From an uncultured Oscillospiraceae bacterium (lineage in GTDB: Bacteria > Bacillota > Clostridia > Oscillospirales > Oscillospiraceae), in the NCBI GenBank assembly GCA_964429705.1, contig CAYSDG010000002.1, forward strand, positions 5,520 through 69,519: a DNA stretch of 64,000 nucleotides, in the 5' to 3' direction. Below, piece by piece: positions 37,163 to 45,923 of this stretch; the first letter of the stretch is position 1; every line of letters starts with the position of its first letter. Made by a program: the position numbers and the translations under genes. The notes beneath the pieces were generated by a model. That model was not told the origin of the DNA and ran no database searches. It worked only from the letters and a program-made list of their open reading frames with translations.

Positions 37163-38518
37163 TTAGCCTTTCCCGGTCAGGCACGCTTCATAGAAGTTTT
37201 TTGCAAAGGTGGGATTGGCATAAAAATGGAAGTGCGGGTATCCGGCATAGAGCCGCTTCGTGGCAACTGCGCAGTCCCACATCTTACCGTTGGACTTGGT
37301 GGCCGTGAAATCTCCACCGGGCTCTGTCGCATCCCAGTGGTGGAACTCATGGCCGCGGATCTCCTCCCCCGCCCGGCAGAGCAGGTTGTCCTTTTTGGCC
37401 CGCAGCGTCACGTAACCGAAGCGGGTCAGCTTTCCGTTGTCGAAGCTCTTTCCCGGCAGTGCCCCCACCATGGGACTATCGTGGATCGCCTGGGTCAGGT
37501 ACATGAAGCCGCCGCACTCGGCGATACAGGGCAACCCGTCCGCCAGGGCGGAGCGGATGGAGGCCAGCATCGAGTGGTTTTCGCCGAGCTGTTTTGCATA
37601 CAGCTCCGGATAGCCGCCCCCCAGATACAGCCCCTGGATCCCCTCCGGCAGCGCCTTGTCCGTCAGCGGACTGAAATCCACCAACTGCGCGCCCATATCC
37701 CGCAGGGCCTCCAGACTGTCCTCATAATAGAAGCAAAACGCCTTGTCGCGGGCGACAGCGATGCGTACCAGCGTATCGTACCGGGGCAGCACCACCGGCT
37801 CACAGCGCACCGGCGCGGCCCCAGCGGCCAACGCCAGCATGCCGTCCAGATCCAACGTCTTTTCCGCCTGTCGGGCCAGCGCCTGCAGCTTCTCCTTCAG
37901 CCCCACCACCTCCGCGGCGGTCACCAGGCCGAGGTGGCGGCTCTCCAGGGCGCAGTCCGCCATTCTGGGCAGGAAGCCCAGGGGGCGGACCCGTCCGCCG
38001 AACTGCTCCAGGATCGCGCCTGCCAGGGCCCGATAGGTGGGTTCGGTACACTGATTGAGGATCACACCGCAGATCGGATTGTCCGGTCGGAAGGTAAGAA
38101 AGCCCTGGATTGTGGCCAGAACAGAGAGGGAAGCCCCCTTGGCGTTGACGATCAGCACTGTGGGGCTGTCGATCACCTTGGACAACTCATAGGTGCTGGA
38201 GCGGGTGGTTGTCAGGGCCGTACCGTCGTAGTAGCCCATGGCGCCCTCGATGATGCTGACATCCAGCTGGGTGCTGTTTTTCGCCAGCAGATACCGGGCC
38301 GTATTCTCCGAGAAAAAGAAGAGGTCCAGATTGGCGCTCTTCGCGCCGATAATACGGCTGTGAAACATGGGGTCAATATAGTCCGGCCCGCTCTTAAAGG
38401 CATCGACCCGCAGCCCGCGGTCGACCAGGGCCTGCAGCACCGCGCAGGTGACCGTTGTCTTGCCGCAGCCGCTGCTGGTGCCTGTTAGAAGGATGCGGGG
38501 ACATGCCTGCTGCTCCAT
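37163..38518 (-). CDS. cbiA: Cobyrinate (or related tetrapyrrole) a,c-diamide synthase, CbiA/CobB/CfbB family
   Basis: N-terminal P-loop GTSSGCGKTTVTCAVLQAL, then SGPDYIDPMFH. C-terminal glutamine amidotransferase domain with CGGFMYL. Confidence 0.88.
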   Translation of the reverse strand: MEQQACPRILLTGTSSGCGKTTVTCAVLQALVDRGLRVDAFKSGPDYIDPMFHSRIIGAKSANLDLFFFSENTARYLLAKNSTQLDVSIIEGAMGYYDGTALTTTRSSTYELSKVIDSPTVLIVNAKGASLSVLATIQGFLTFRPDNPICGVILNQCTEPTYRALAGAILEQFGGRVRPLGFLPRMADCALESRHLGLVTAAEVVGLKEKLQALARQAEKTLDLDGMLALAAGAAPVRCEPVVLPRYDTLVRIAVARDKAFCFYYEDSLEALRDMGAQLVDFSPLTDKALPEGIQGLYLGGGYPELYAKQLGENHSMLASIRSALADGLPCIAECGGFMYLTQAIHDSPMVGALPGKSFDNGKLTRFGYVTLRAKKDNLLCRAGEEIRGHEFHHWDATEPGGDFTATKSNGKMWDCAVATKRLYAGYPHFHFYANPTFAKNFYEACLTGKG

Positions 38519-38530
38519 CTCAGCGCCTCC

Positions 38531-39289
38531 TTACAGATTCTTGCGGCGGATCACCACCACATTGGCAATAACCATGAATACCAGCGCATACAGTGCCAGG
38601 ACCAGCATGCTGACCAGGCTGGGTGCGCCGCCGTAGGCCATGCTGCGCAGTGCGCCGCTGGCGTGGGTCAGGGGCAGGATGCTGATGAGCAGCTCGATCA
38701 CATCCGGCACCCGGTCCAGCGGGAAGAAGGTGTTGCACAGGAAGGTCATGGGCAGGATCACATAGGTGGAGAAGCGGGACACGTCGGCGTGGGTCTTGGC
38801 CAGCACCGCCGCAGTGATACCCAGCGCCGCAAAGGCCAGGCCGTTGAGCAGCATCACCAGGAAGAAGGAGATACTCAGGTGGATATGCGCTCCAAAGGGG
38901 AGGGCCAGCAGCAGGATCAGCACGCCGCTGTACATGCCCCGCAGCGCGCCGCCCAGCATCTGGCCGAAGATATAGGCCGGCATGGGGGCGGGGGAGATGA
39001 TGATCTGGTCAAAGGACCGCTCAAAGATCCGCTGGATGTTCAGAGATGTTGCGATAGAGGAAAAACTGGTGTTCATGGTGGTCAGGGCGATAATGCCCGG
39101 CACCAGAAAGTCGATATAGGGCCGGTCGGTGACCGTGCTGGTGGAGCCGAGACCCCAGCCGAGAGCGATCATATACAGGAGCGGGCTGATGAGGGCGGCA
39201 ATGGTGATGCGCCGCCACTCAAACTTGAATTCCACCCATTTCTCCCACAGGACGGTCTCCACCGTGGTAAAAAACTTCTTGACCTTCAT
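38531..39289 (-). CDS. ABC-2-type transporter permease
   Basis: 252 aa, six hydrophobic segments. Its start overlaps the upstream ATPase stop by 4 nt. Confidence 0.8.
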   Translation of the reverse strand: MKVKKFFTTVETVLWEKWVEFKFEWRRITIAALISPLLYMIALGWGLGSTSTVTDRPYIDFLVPGIIALTTMNTSFSSIATSLNIQRIFERSFDQIIISPAPMPAYIFGQMLGGALRGMYSGVLILLLALPFGAHIHLSISFFLVMLLNGLAFAALGITAAVLAKTHADVSRFSTYVILPMTFLCNTFFPLDRVPDVIELLISILPLTHASGALRSMAYGGAPSLVSMLVLALYALVFMVIANVVVIRRKNL

Positions 39290-40137
39290 GCTTTCTCCCC
39301 CAATCCGCGGCCGACCACATTGAGGAACACATCCTCCAGCGTGGTGGAACGCATCGTGAACTTGTTTTTTATCCCCGCGGTGTAGGCAATGGCCTCCTCT
39401 TTCCCCGGGAAGAAGGCGCTTCGGGTGTGGTCGCCGTCAAATTCGTCGATGGCCACCTCGCCCAGCTCCCGGATCAGATTCTCCGGCGTATCCAGCCGCG
39501 CGGTCCGTCCCTTGTCGATGAGGGCGATGCGCTGACAGAGGGACTGCGCCTCCTCAATGTAGTGGGTGGTGAGCAGGACCGTCATCCCCTGCCGGTTCAG
39601 GATGCGCAGCATATCCCACATCTGCCGCCGGGATGCGGGATCCAGTCCGATAGTGGGCTCGTCCAGGATCAGGATCTCCGGCTCGGTCAGCAGCGCCCGA
39701 CACAGCATCAGCTTGCGCTTCATGCCGCCGGAGAGCTGCCGGGTGATCTTTTTCCGGTGCTCGATCAGGCCGCAGAACTCCAGCAGTTCCTCGCTGCGGC
39801 TGCGGATCTGCTGCCTGGGCACGTCGTAGTGCCGCCCCTGCAGCTCCATGATCTGGTCCATGTTCATGTCCAGACGCAGAGAGTTCTGCTGGGTGATCAG
39901 AGAAAATTTCCGCTTGATGTCTCCCCGCTGGCGTTTGAGCTCCTCGCCGTCCACAAACACCTTGCCCTCCGTGGGCAGCAGCAGGGTGGACAGCACGCTG
40001 ATGAGCGTGGTCTTGCCCGCGCCGTTAGGTCCCAGCAGTCCGAAGAACTCTCCGGACCCGATGGTCAGAGACACATCGTCCAGCGCCTTTGTGGTGGATT
40101 TGTCATAAATTTTTGTCACATGTTGAATATCGATCAT
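39286..40137 (-). CDS. ABC transporter ATP-binding protein (ABC-2/DrrA-like)
   Basis: Walker A GPNGAGKTT, signature LSGGMKRKL, Walker B ILILDEPT. Start ATG 40137 forms an ATGA overlap with the cobN stop. Confidence 0.88.
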   Translation of the reverse strand: MIDIQHVTKIYDKSTTKALDDVSLTIGSGEFFGLLGPNGAGKTTLISVLSTLLLPTEGKVFVDGEELKRQRGDIKRKFSLITQQNSLRLDMNMDQIMELQGRHYDVPRQQIRSRSEELLEFCGLIEHRKKITRQLSGGMKRKLMLCRALLTEPEILILDEPTIGLDPASRRQMWDMLRILNRQGMTVLLTTHYIEEAQSLCQRIALIDKGRTARLDTPENLIRELGEVAIDEFDGDHTRSAFFPGKEEAIAYTAGIKNKFTMRSTTLEDVFLNVVGRGLGEKA

Positions 40138-43100
40138 TGACTGACCTCCTCGATCGTTCCTTCTGCCTGCATATAGATGCTTCGCAGCCGCTGCAGCGTC
40201 TGCGCATCTGTCTCCCACATTCCCCGCTGATTGGCCTCCAGCAGCCGTTCGCTGACGCTGTGGACCGCCCAGCGGTTGACCTCCTCCATCCACTGACGGG
40301 TCTCCTCGTCAAAGAGGAAGGTCTCCGCAATGGACTGATACATCCAGTCCTCGGCCACCTCCGCCGTGGCATCCCAGCCAAAGAAGGTGTCCGTCGCCGT
40401 CGCGATCTCCTGCGCGCCCTTGAAGCCGTGGCGCTTGAGCCCCTCCAGCCACTTGGGGTTGAGAATGCGGCTGCGCATGATCCGCGCCGTCTCCTTTCCG
40501 ATGTCCCGCGTAACGGGCCGGTCCGGGTCATCGGTATGTCCGGTGACGGACATGGGCTTTTTCCCCGAGTTGGCGCGGACACAGGCCACCAGCCCTCCGT
40601 GATAGGCATAAAAATCGTCACTGTCCAGCATATCGTACTCGGCGGTACTCTCGTTTTTGATCGTGACCGCCACCGTGGACATCCGGCAGCGGAATGCCTC
40701 CGTGTGCTTTTCCCCGTGCGTGCGGGAGGAATAGCCGTAGCTGCTCCAGGTCTCAAACACCTGGGCCAGGTCCCGGAAATCCGTCCACTGCTTGCTGTCG
40801 ATGATCTTGGACACCGCCGTGCCATAGCAGCCGGGAGCGCAGCTATATACGCGGATATACGCCTGATCCAGCGCCTGCTCCTGGGGGATGCCCTGCTCCG
40901 TCAGCTTTTCCACATCCTCCCGCAGATGCTTTTTGATGTAGTTCATCTCATCCGGCTCATCCAGCGCGGCGACCTTTGTCACCGCCTGGTCCATCAGGCG
41001 GATCAGATTGGGGTACATATCCCGGAACAGGCCGGATATGCGCAGCGTCACATCCAGGCGCGGCCTGCCCAGCTCCTCCAGCGGGATCGGCTCCACGCCA
41101 AGCACCCGGGTCGTCTGTCCCAGATAGACCGGCCGCACGCCCATCAGATACAGGCACTCGGCCAGGTCCTCGCCGCATGTCTTCAGGGTGTTGCCTGCCC
41201 AGACCACCATAGCCGTGCTCTCGGGGTATCCTCCCTCCTGCTGGTCGTACTGGCTCAGCATTTGCTTCGCCATTTTGACGCCGATCTCCCAGGCGGCCCG
41301 GGAGGGGATCTGCGCCGGATCGCTGGCGTAAAAATTCCGGCCGGTGGGCAGGATAGATACGTTGCCCCGGGTGGGGTTGCCGCCCTGACCCGGTGGGACG
41401 AAGCCGCCGTTGGTCCCGGTGAGCAGGTTGTCCATCTCATCGGTGATGTGGTCCATCTTGTCCCTCACGACTTCGCACATGAACCGCAGGACCCGCCTGA
41501 CCTCCACAGCGGAGCCGATGAACCGCTCCGCCGCCACTACATCGGCCACGCTGTCGGCCGCAAAGTTCTGCTCCGCCAGCGCCGCCGTCATTCGACGCGC
41601 CGCCGCAATGGCGTTATCATAGACCATCAGGCCGGATATGCCGCCGAAATCCGCCGTGGGGCCGTCCTTCACCGCCTCCGGATCATAGCCCTGGGCAGTC
41701 AGGACACTGTCATTCAGCGACGGGATATTGCCGTTTCTGACCCGCAGCAGCATCCGCATCAGGTTCTGGTACAGCTTGCCCTCCGGCACCTTGCCAAAGA
41801 TGTGCAGTCCATCCTTAACCACAGAATTTTTCAGCTCGCCCATCCAGATGTGGATCGCCTCGATGGCTCCATCCGCATCCGACTGGAAGCTCTCCTCCGT
41901 CAGGTGCAGGTCCGTTGTCAGCTTTGCCTCCACCGCCAGGTCGAAAATGCGCCTTGCCAGCTGGGGGACCTGGGCGGGGCGGGCCTGCTTGGCCTGATGA
42001 TACTCCTTCAGAGCCTCATCGATCACCGCAAGATGCTCATAGGTCTCCGCCTCATCCAGAGACGGCGGCATATGGTCAACCACGACCGCCCAGCTTCTGC
42101 GCTTGGCCTGGATGCCCTCGCCGGTGATGCCGATATGATAGGGGTACAGGTGGGGCAGACTCCCCAGCGACGCGTCGGGATAGCAGTCTCTGCTGAGCCC
42201 GACCTCCTTGCCCGGCAGCCACTCCAGAGAGCCATGGGTGCCGATATGATAGACCGCGTTTGCCCCAAAGCACTCCTCCAGCCAGCAGTAGTAGGCCAGA
42301 TAGCTGTAGGGCGGCGTGGAATCCGTGCTGTGGTACAGGGCCGCCGCCCGCTCACCAAAGGCCCGGGAGGGCTGCAGACCAATAAAAATGTTGCCGTTGA
42401 CGATGCCGGGGATCAGCATTTTGCCGTCCTTGACCATCACCTCGCCCGGCACGCCGCCCCAGGTGTTTTCCAGCTCCCGCCGCATGGCATCGCTCAGCCC
42501 GCCGAACCAGCCGCTCCACACATCCTGCTCCACCACGGCGGCAGCCAGCCGTTCCATGGCCTCCGGCGAGGTCCACCGCAGATCATTGGTCAGCCCGGAC
42601 GTCAGGCGGTCAGCGATGTCCTGTCCACTTTCAAAATCAAACTCTGTCCGGAATCCCGCCGCCTGAAACCGCTGCACGATGCGGTGGACGCTCTCAAACG
42701 TATCCAGACCCTCGGCGCATCCGATCTTGGCGTTGCCGGGCATGGTGTTGAAGAGGATCGCCAGCTTTTTCTCCCCGTTGTCCATCCGCTTCAGCTTCGC
42801 CCAGTTGACCGCCAGCCGACAGACCCGGTCCGTCCGGTCCGGAATGGGCTGATACACCTTGCGCTCCACATCATCCTCCCGCACCAGCTCCTGGGCGCCG
42901 CCTGGGACGGTGATGATCTGGCCATCCAGCTCCGGCTGGAACACATAGATCGGCAGCGAGATCGGATCGATGCCCTGGGGCAGGAACCGATACTGCTCGC
43001 GGCTGTAGTAGGTGGTCATCACCTGCATGACAGGCACGTTCCACTCCTCAAAAATGCTGCGGAGGATCTCCTGCCTCCCATCCCCCGGCCCGCTCATGTG

Positions 43101-43880
43101 GGACAGGGAAAAGCCGGTCATGACCAGGATGCTGTGGGGCAGGCGCTTGTCGCCGCAGGTGAAGAACTTCTGCATCGCCGCACAGATCCCGCCATCCTGC
43201 TCGCCGTTGCCGGAGGTACGGGAAAACATTGGCAGCGCCAAGGCGCCCAGCTCCTGCAGCCGGTCGATCACCGCATCGATGTGGCGCGTATTGCCGTTGA
43301 TGACCTGGCTCTGGTGCAGGACAAGTCCCACCACGGGCCGGTCCCCCTCCGCCGCCTCGCGGCGCAGGGGCAGGCTCTCCGCCTCGTCCAGCATCCTGCC
43401 CTGCCAGTATAAGCCCATATCCAGTGGTGCCTTTGGCTCCGGAACGGCGCAGTCCACCCCAAAGTGGTTCCTGGCGATATAGAGCAGCAGCCCCCTGAAA
43501 TTGTCGGCAGTATTCAGTCGGAAATAGGCGCTGACCCCCCTGTACTCCTCCATTGTAAGGCCGGATGTGGGAAGAAACTCCGCAATCTCCTCCGGGAGGG
43601 AGGACTCAAAATACACCGGTATGCGCCTGGTCAGGCTCTGCCACATCTGGTGGAAATCCGGCAGACACTGCACGCTGCCGTGGAAATACACCACCGCAAA
43701 ATCGCTGACGGCCGCCTCCGCCATCATCCGCTCGACCTTTTCCGGGCATTCGCTCAGCTCCGCCACCGACCAGCAGCTTCCCTGCACCATGTCGGCATGC
43801 TCGCTTGCCAGCGCCCGGAATGCCCGGCGCATATTCCACAGACGGTCCTCTGTGGCCAGTAAACATATCACTCGTGCCAT
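40134..43880 (-). CDS. cobN: CobN/BchH-family large chelatase subunit, copy 1
   Basis: 1248 aa, colinear with copy 2 (blocks YHSTDSTPP.SYLA.Y.WL, H.GTHG.LEWLPGKE, ILNPKWL.GL.RHG.KGAQEI). Start moved to ATG 43880 (RBS AAGGGG), which aligns with the paralog N-terminus. Confidence 0.9.
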   Translation of the reverse strand: MARVICLLATEDRLWNMRRAFRALASEHADMVQGSCWSVAELSECPEKVERMMAEAAVSDFAVVYFHGSVQCLPDFHQMWQSLTRRIPVYFESSLPEEIAEFLPTSGLTMEEYRGVSAYFRLNTADNFRGLLLYIARNHFGVDCAVPEPKAPLDMGLYWQGRMLDEAESLPLRREAAEGDRPVVGLVLHQSQVINGNTRHIDAVIDRLQELGALALPMFSRTSGNGEQDGGICAAMQKFFTCGDKRLPHSILVMTGFSLSHMSGPGDGRQEILRSIFEEWNVPVMQVMTTYYSREQYRFLPQGIDPISLPIYVFQPELDGQIITVPGGAQELVREDDVERKVYQPIPDRTDRVCRLAVNWAKLKRMDNGEKKLAILFNTMPGNAKIGCAEGLDTFESVHRIVQRFQAAGFRTEFDFESGQDIADRLTSGLTNDLRWTSPEAMERLAAAVVEQDVWSGWFGGLSDAMRRELENTWGGVPGEVMVKDGKMLIPGIVNGNIFIGLQPSRAFGERAAALYHSTDSTPPYSYLAYYCWLEECFGANAVYHIGTHGSLEWLPGKEVGLSRDCYPDASLGSLPHLYPYHIGITGEGIQAKRRSWAVVVDHMPPSLDEAETYEHLAVIDEALKEYHQAKQARPAQVPQLARRIFDLAVEAKLTTDLHLTEESFQSDADGAIEAIHIWMGELKNSVVKDGLHIFGKVPEGKLYQNLMRMLLRVRNGNIPSLNDSVLTAQGYDPEAVKDGPTADFGGISGLMVYDNAIAAARRMTAALAEQNFAADSVADVVAAERFIGSAVEVRRVLRFMCEVVRDKMDHITDEMDNLLTGTNGGFVPPGQGGNPTRGNVSILPTGRNFYASDPAQIPSRAAWEIGVKMAKQMLSQYDQQEGGYPESTAMVVWAGNTLKTCGEDLAECLYLMGVRPVYLGQTTRVLGVEPIPLEELGRPRLDVTLRISGLFRDMYPNLIRLMDQAVTKVAALDEPDEMNYIKKHLREDVEKLTEQGIPQEQALDQAYIRVYSCAPGCYGTAVSKIIDSKQWTDFRDLAQVFETWSSYGYSSRTHGEKHTEAFRCRMSTVAVTIKNESTAEYDMLDSDDFYAYHGGLVACVRANSGKKPMSVTGHTDDPDRPVTRDIGKETARIMRSRILNPKWLEGLKRHGFKGAQEIATATDTFFGWDATAEVAEDWMYQSIAETFLFDEETRQWMEEVNRWAVHSVSERLLEANQRGMWETDAQTLQRLRSIYMQAEGTIEEVSQ

Positions 43881-43953
43881 CGTATTCCCCTTATACTTCC
43901 TGATTTGCTTTATTTTGCGGAGCACCTGATACAGGCCCCTGTGTCGGTGCCCC

Positions 43954-45093
43954 TCATTGGATCTTGATCAAATGCTCCGTTGTTACCTGTGCTGGGTCCT
44001 CGCTGGACAAAATGGCATACATGTCCGCCATAATGGCCGCAATATCCGCTGCTGACTGATGAAACGAGGGCGACGTCACCCAGACGCAGCCGCTCTGCAC
44101 CGCTTTAAAATCCAGAAACAGCGGATTATTCTCCACCATTTCGTCGATGGAATAAAATTTATCGGTAAAATTCATATAAAACAGGCAGTCGGCATCCTTG
44201 AACCGGGTATACCACTCCTCGAAGGTCATGGTGCTGTTGCCGCCCTTTTCCGGCTCCAGGTCGGCGCAGACATAGTCGCCGCCTGCCATTTCGATCAGCT
44301 GCGCGCAATAGTCGCCGCTGTTGCGGGCGTAGCACTTTTCTCCAGCCAGATAGCCCATGGCTACCGTTTTGCCGAGGGGCTCCTCCGCCCGCACGGCCTC
44401 CAGCAGGGCCGCCTGCTCGTCAAAATACCGCTGGGCCTCCTCCTCGAGATCCAGCAGCACCCCAAGCAGCTTGATCCACTCTACACGCCCCAGCGGGTGC
44501 GGCTCCTTGGAGGAATTCTCCACCAGCGTGGGGATCCCCAGCTCGTCAAACTTTTCCAGCACCTCCGGCTTGCTGTCCACCATGGTGTTGTTGATGTGAA
44601 GCTGGATCTGCTCCCCCACGATCATCTCATAGTTGGGCTGCGAAAACTTTCCGCCGAACCGGATCGTCCCCGCCTCCATGGCCTCCACCACATGCTCCAG
44701 GTACCAGCCGTCCACATCCGTCCCCACCAGCGGGACCCGGTCCAGCGCACCCAGCGCGTCCACAAGCGAGACGATGCTGGTGCTGGCGATATAGAGCCGG
44801 TCAATGGGGCGGCGCAGCACATATACGTCCCCGTCCAGCGCCTCCGGCTGCTCCACCCCCTCGGGCAGCACCAGATAGCGGTGCTCCCCGGTCCCAGCGG
44901 AGATCATGCGGGACCCGTCAGAAAAATATTCCACGGAAAAAAGCTCCGCGTATTCCAGGGGCATGAAGCCCAGGCTGGCGGGCAGGCCGTCCGCGGGGGC
45001 GGCTTGATCCGCCCCGTTTTCAGCTGCTATATTCCCGCAGGCCGCCAGCAGGCACATCAGTACCGCTGCCGCTGCTGCTGCATATTTTTTCAT
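43954..45093 (-). CDS. Lipoprotein, BtuF/FhuD-type (class 8) periplasmic binding protein
   Basis: Lipobox LLAAC|G. The domain is homologous to both halves of the 50074-52404 protein. Confidence 0.8.
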   Translation of the reverse strand: MKKYAAAAAAVLMCLLAACGNIAAENGADQAAPADGLPASLGFMPLEYAELFSVEYFSDGSRMISAGTGEHRYLVLPEGVEQPEALDGDVYVLRRPIDRLYIASTSIVSLVDALGALDRVPLVGTDVDGWYLEHVVEAMEAGTIRFGGKFSQPNYEMIVGEQIQLHINNTMVDSKPEVLEKFDELGIPTLVENSSKEPHPLGRVEWIKLLGVLLDLEEEAQRYFDEQAALLEAVRAEEPLGKTVAMGYLAGEKCYARNSGDYCAQLIEMAGGDYVCADLEPEKGGNSTMTFEEWYTRFKDADCLFYMNFTDKFYSIDEMVENNPLFLDFKAVQSGCVWVTSPSFHQSAADIAAIMADMYAILSSEDPAQVTTEHLIKIQ

Positions 45094-45150
45094 CTCTGTG
45101 TTCTCCTGTTCGTAGATCGTGTCACCCTGCAGATCCGCGGTATGCCGACG

Positions 45151-45197
45151 AAAAAAGAAACGGCCGCGGCAACAAAACTATGTTGCCGCGGCCGTTT
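45151..45197 (-). terminator. Second strong hairpin plus T-run in the leader, 58 nt upstream of the start codon
   Basis: Minus strand: AAACGGCCGCGGCAACA-tagttt-TGTTGCCGCGGCCGTTT followed by CTTTTTT. Confidence 0.55.
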
Positions 45198-45206
45198 TTC
45201 CACGTC

Positions 45207-45242
45207 AAAAAAATGCCTTGCTCCATAACTCGTGGAAGGCAT
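45207..45242 (-). terminator. Riboswitch 1 expression-platform terminator
   Basis: Minus strand: ATGCCTT...AAGGCAT followed by seven T. Confidence 0.7.
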
Positions 45243-45455
45243 ACCTCTTCAAGCAGGTCTTCTGACTTGCGCACACAAGAGAACTTCTCTCACATCCAGC
45301 TCTGCCTTCCCAGTTTCCCAGTGACTGACTTTCGTCAACGAGCGGGATGATTCAACGCTTACAGCGGCGGTACCGTCCGGGATTCACACCCGATTATCTA
45401 TTCTCCCCGACAGGCCCGAAGGCTGGCGGGACACTTGAATCATTCTATCCGATTG
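45243..45455 (-). promoter_or_regulatory. Cobalamin riboswitch 1 (leftward operon)
   Basis: Minus strand contains GGGGAGAATAGATAATCGGGTGTGAATCCCGGACGGTACCGCCGCTGTAAGCG (B12-box region), CACTGGGAAACTGGGAAGGC and AAGTCAGAAGACCTGC. Confidence 0.85.
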
Positions 45456-45463
45456 TCGGAGCC

Positions 45464-45492
45464 ATTATAATCTGCTTTTTGGATTTAGTCAA
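45464..45492 (-). promoter_or_regulatory. Promoter of the leftward B12-regulated operon
   Basis: Minus strand reads TTGACT, 17-nt spacer, TATAAT. Confidence 0.6.
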
Positions 45493-45561
45493 GCAAAATC
45501 CGACTCGTTTTTTCACGGGTCCCGCCACAAAAAATATTCCGCAGACCAGCGAAGTCTGCTC

Positions 45562-45590
45562 TTGACAAAAAAACAGCTTTTGTGTATGCT
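45562..45590 (+). promoter_or_regulatory. Promoter of the rightward B12-regulated operon
   Basis: TTGACA, 17-nt spacer, TATGCT. Confidence 0.6.
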
Positions 45591-45631
45591 TTGTCCTGAA
45601 CAGCGGATTTTTATGTCTGCCGGTCTGCTTT

Positions 45632-45790
45632 AAAATTTCATACAGACGGTTCAGGAGTAGGAAATCGGGTGAAAGTCCCGAGCGATCCGGTCACTGTAAT
45701 CGGCGAGCAAGCCGCAGTATGCCATTGCGAAAGCGAGAAGGCGCGGCAAGCGATGACCCGTAAGTCAGGAAGCCTGCCTGAAACGAATGA
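45632..45790 (+). promoter_or_regulatory. Cobalamin riboswitch 2 (rightward operon)
   Basis: GGTTCAGGAGTAGGAAATCGGGTGAAAGTCCCGAGCGATCCGGTCACTGTAATCGG, GCCATTGCGAAAGCGAGAAGGC and AAGTCAGGAAGCCTGCC. Confidence 0.85.
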
Positions 45791-45830
45791 TAGGCATCTT
45801 CCGAAGAAAGTATCCTGTTTGAGCAATAAG

Positions 45831-45893
45831 CCCCTGACCGTTTTCAGGGGATATTTCTGCGTCTGCTTCCTTTCGGGTGGCAGGCGTTTTTTT
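45831..45893 (+). terminator. Two consecutive hairpins after riboswitch 2; the second carries a T7 run
   Basis: CCCCTGA-ccgtt-TTCAGGGG at 45831-45850. CGTCTGC...GCAGGCG plus TTTTTTT at 45860-45893. Confidence 0.6.
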
Positions 45894-45923
45894 CATGCAA
45901 AAATCACAAAAGGAGCTGATCGC

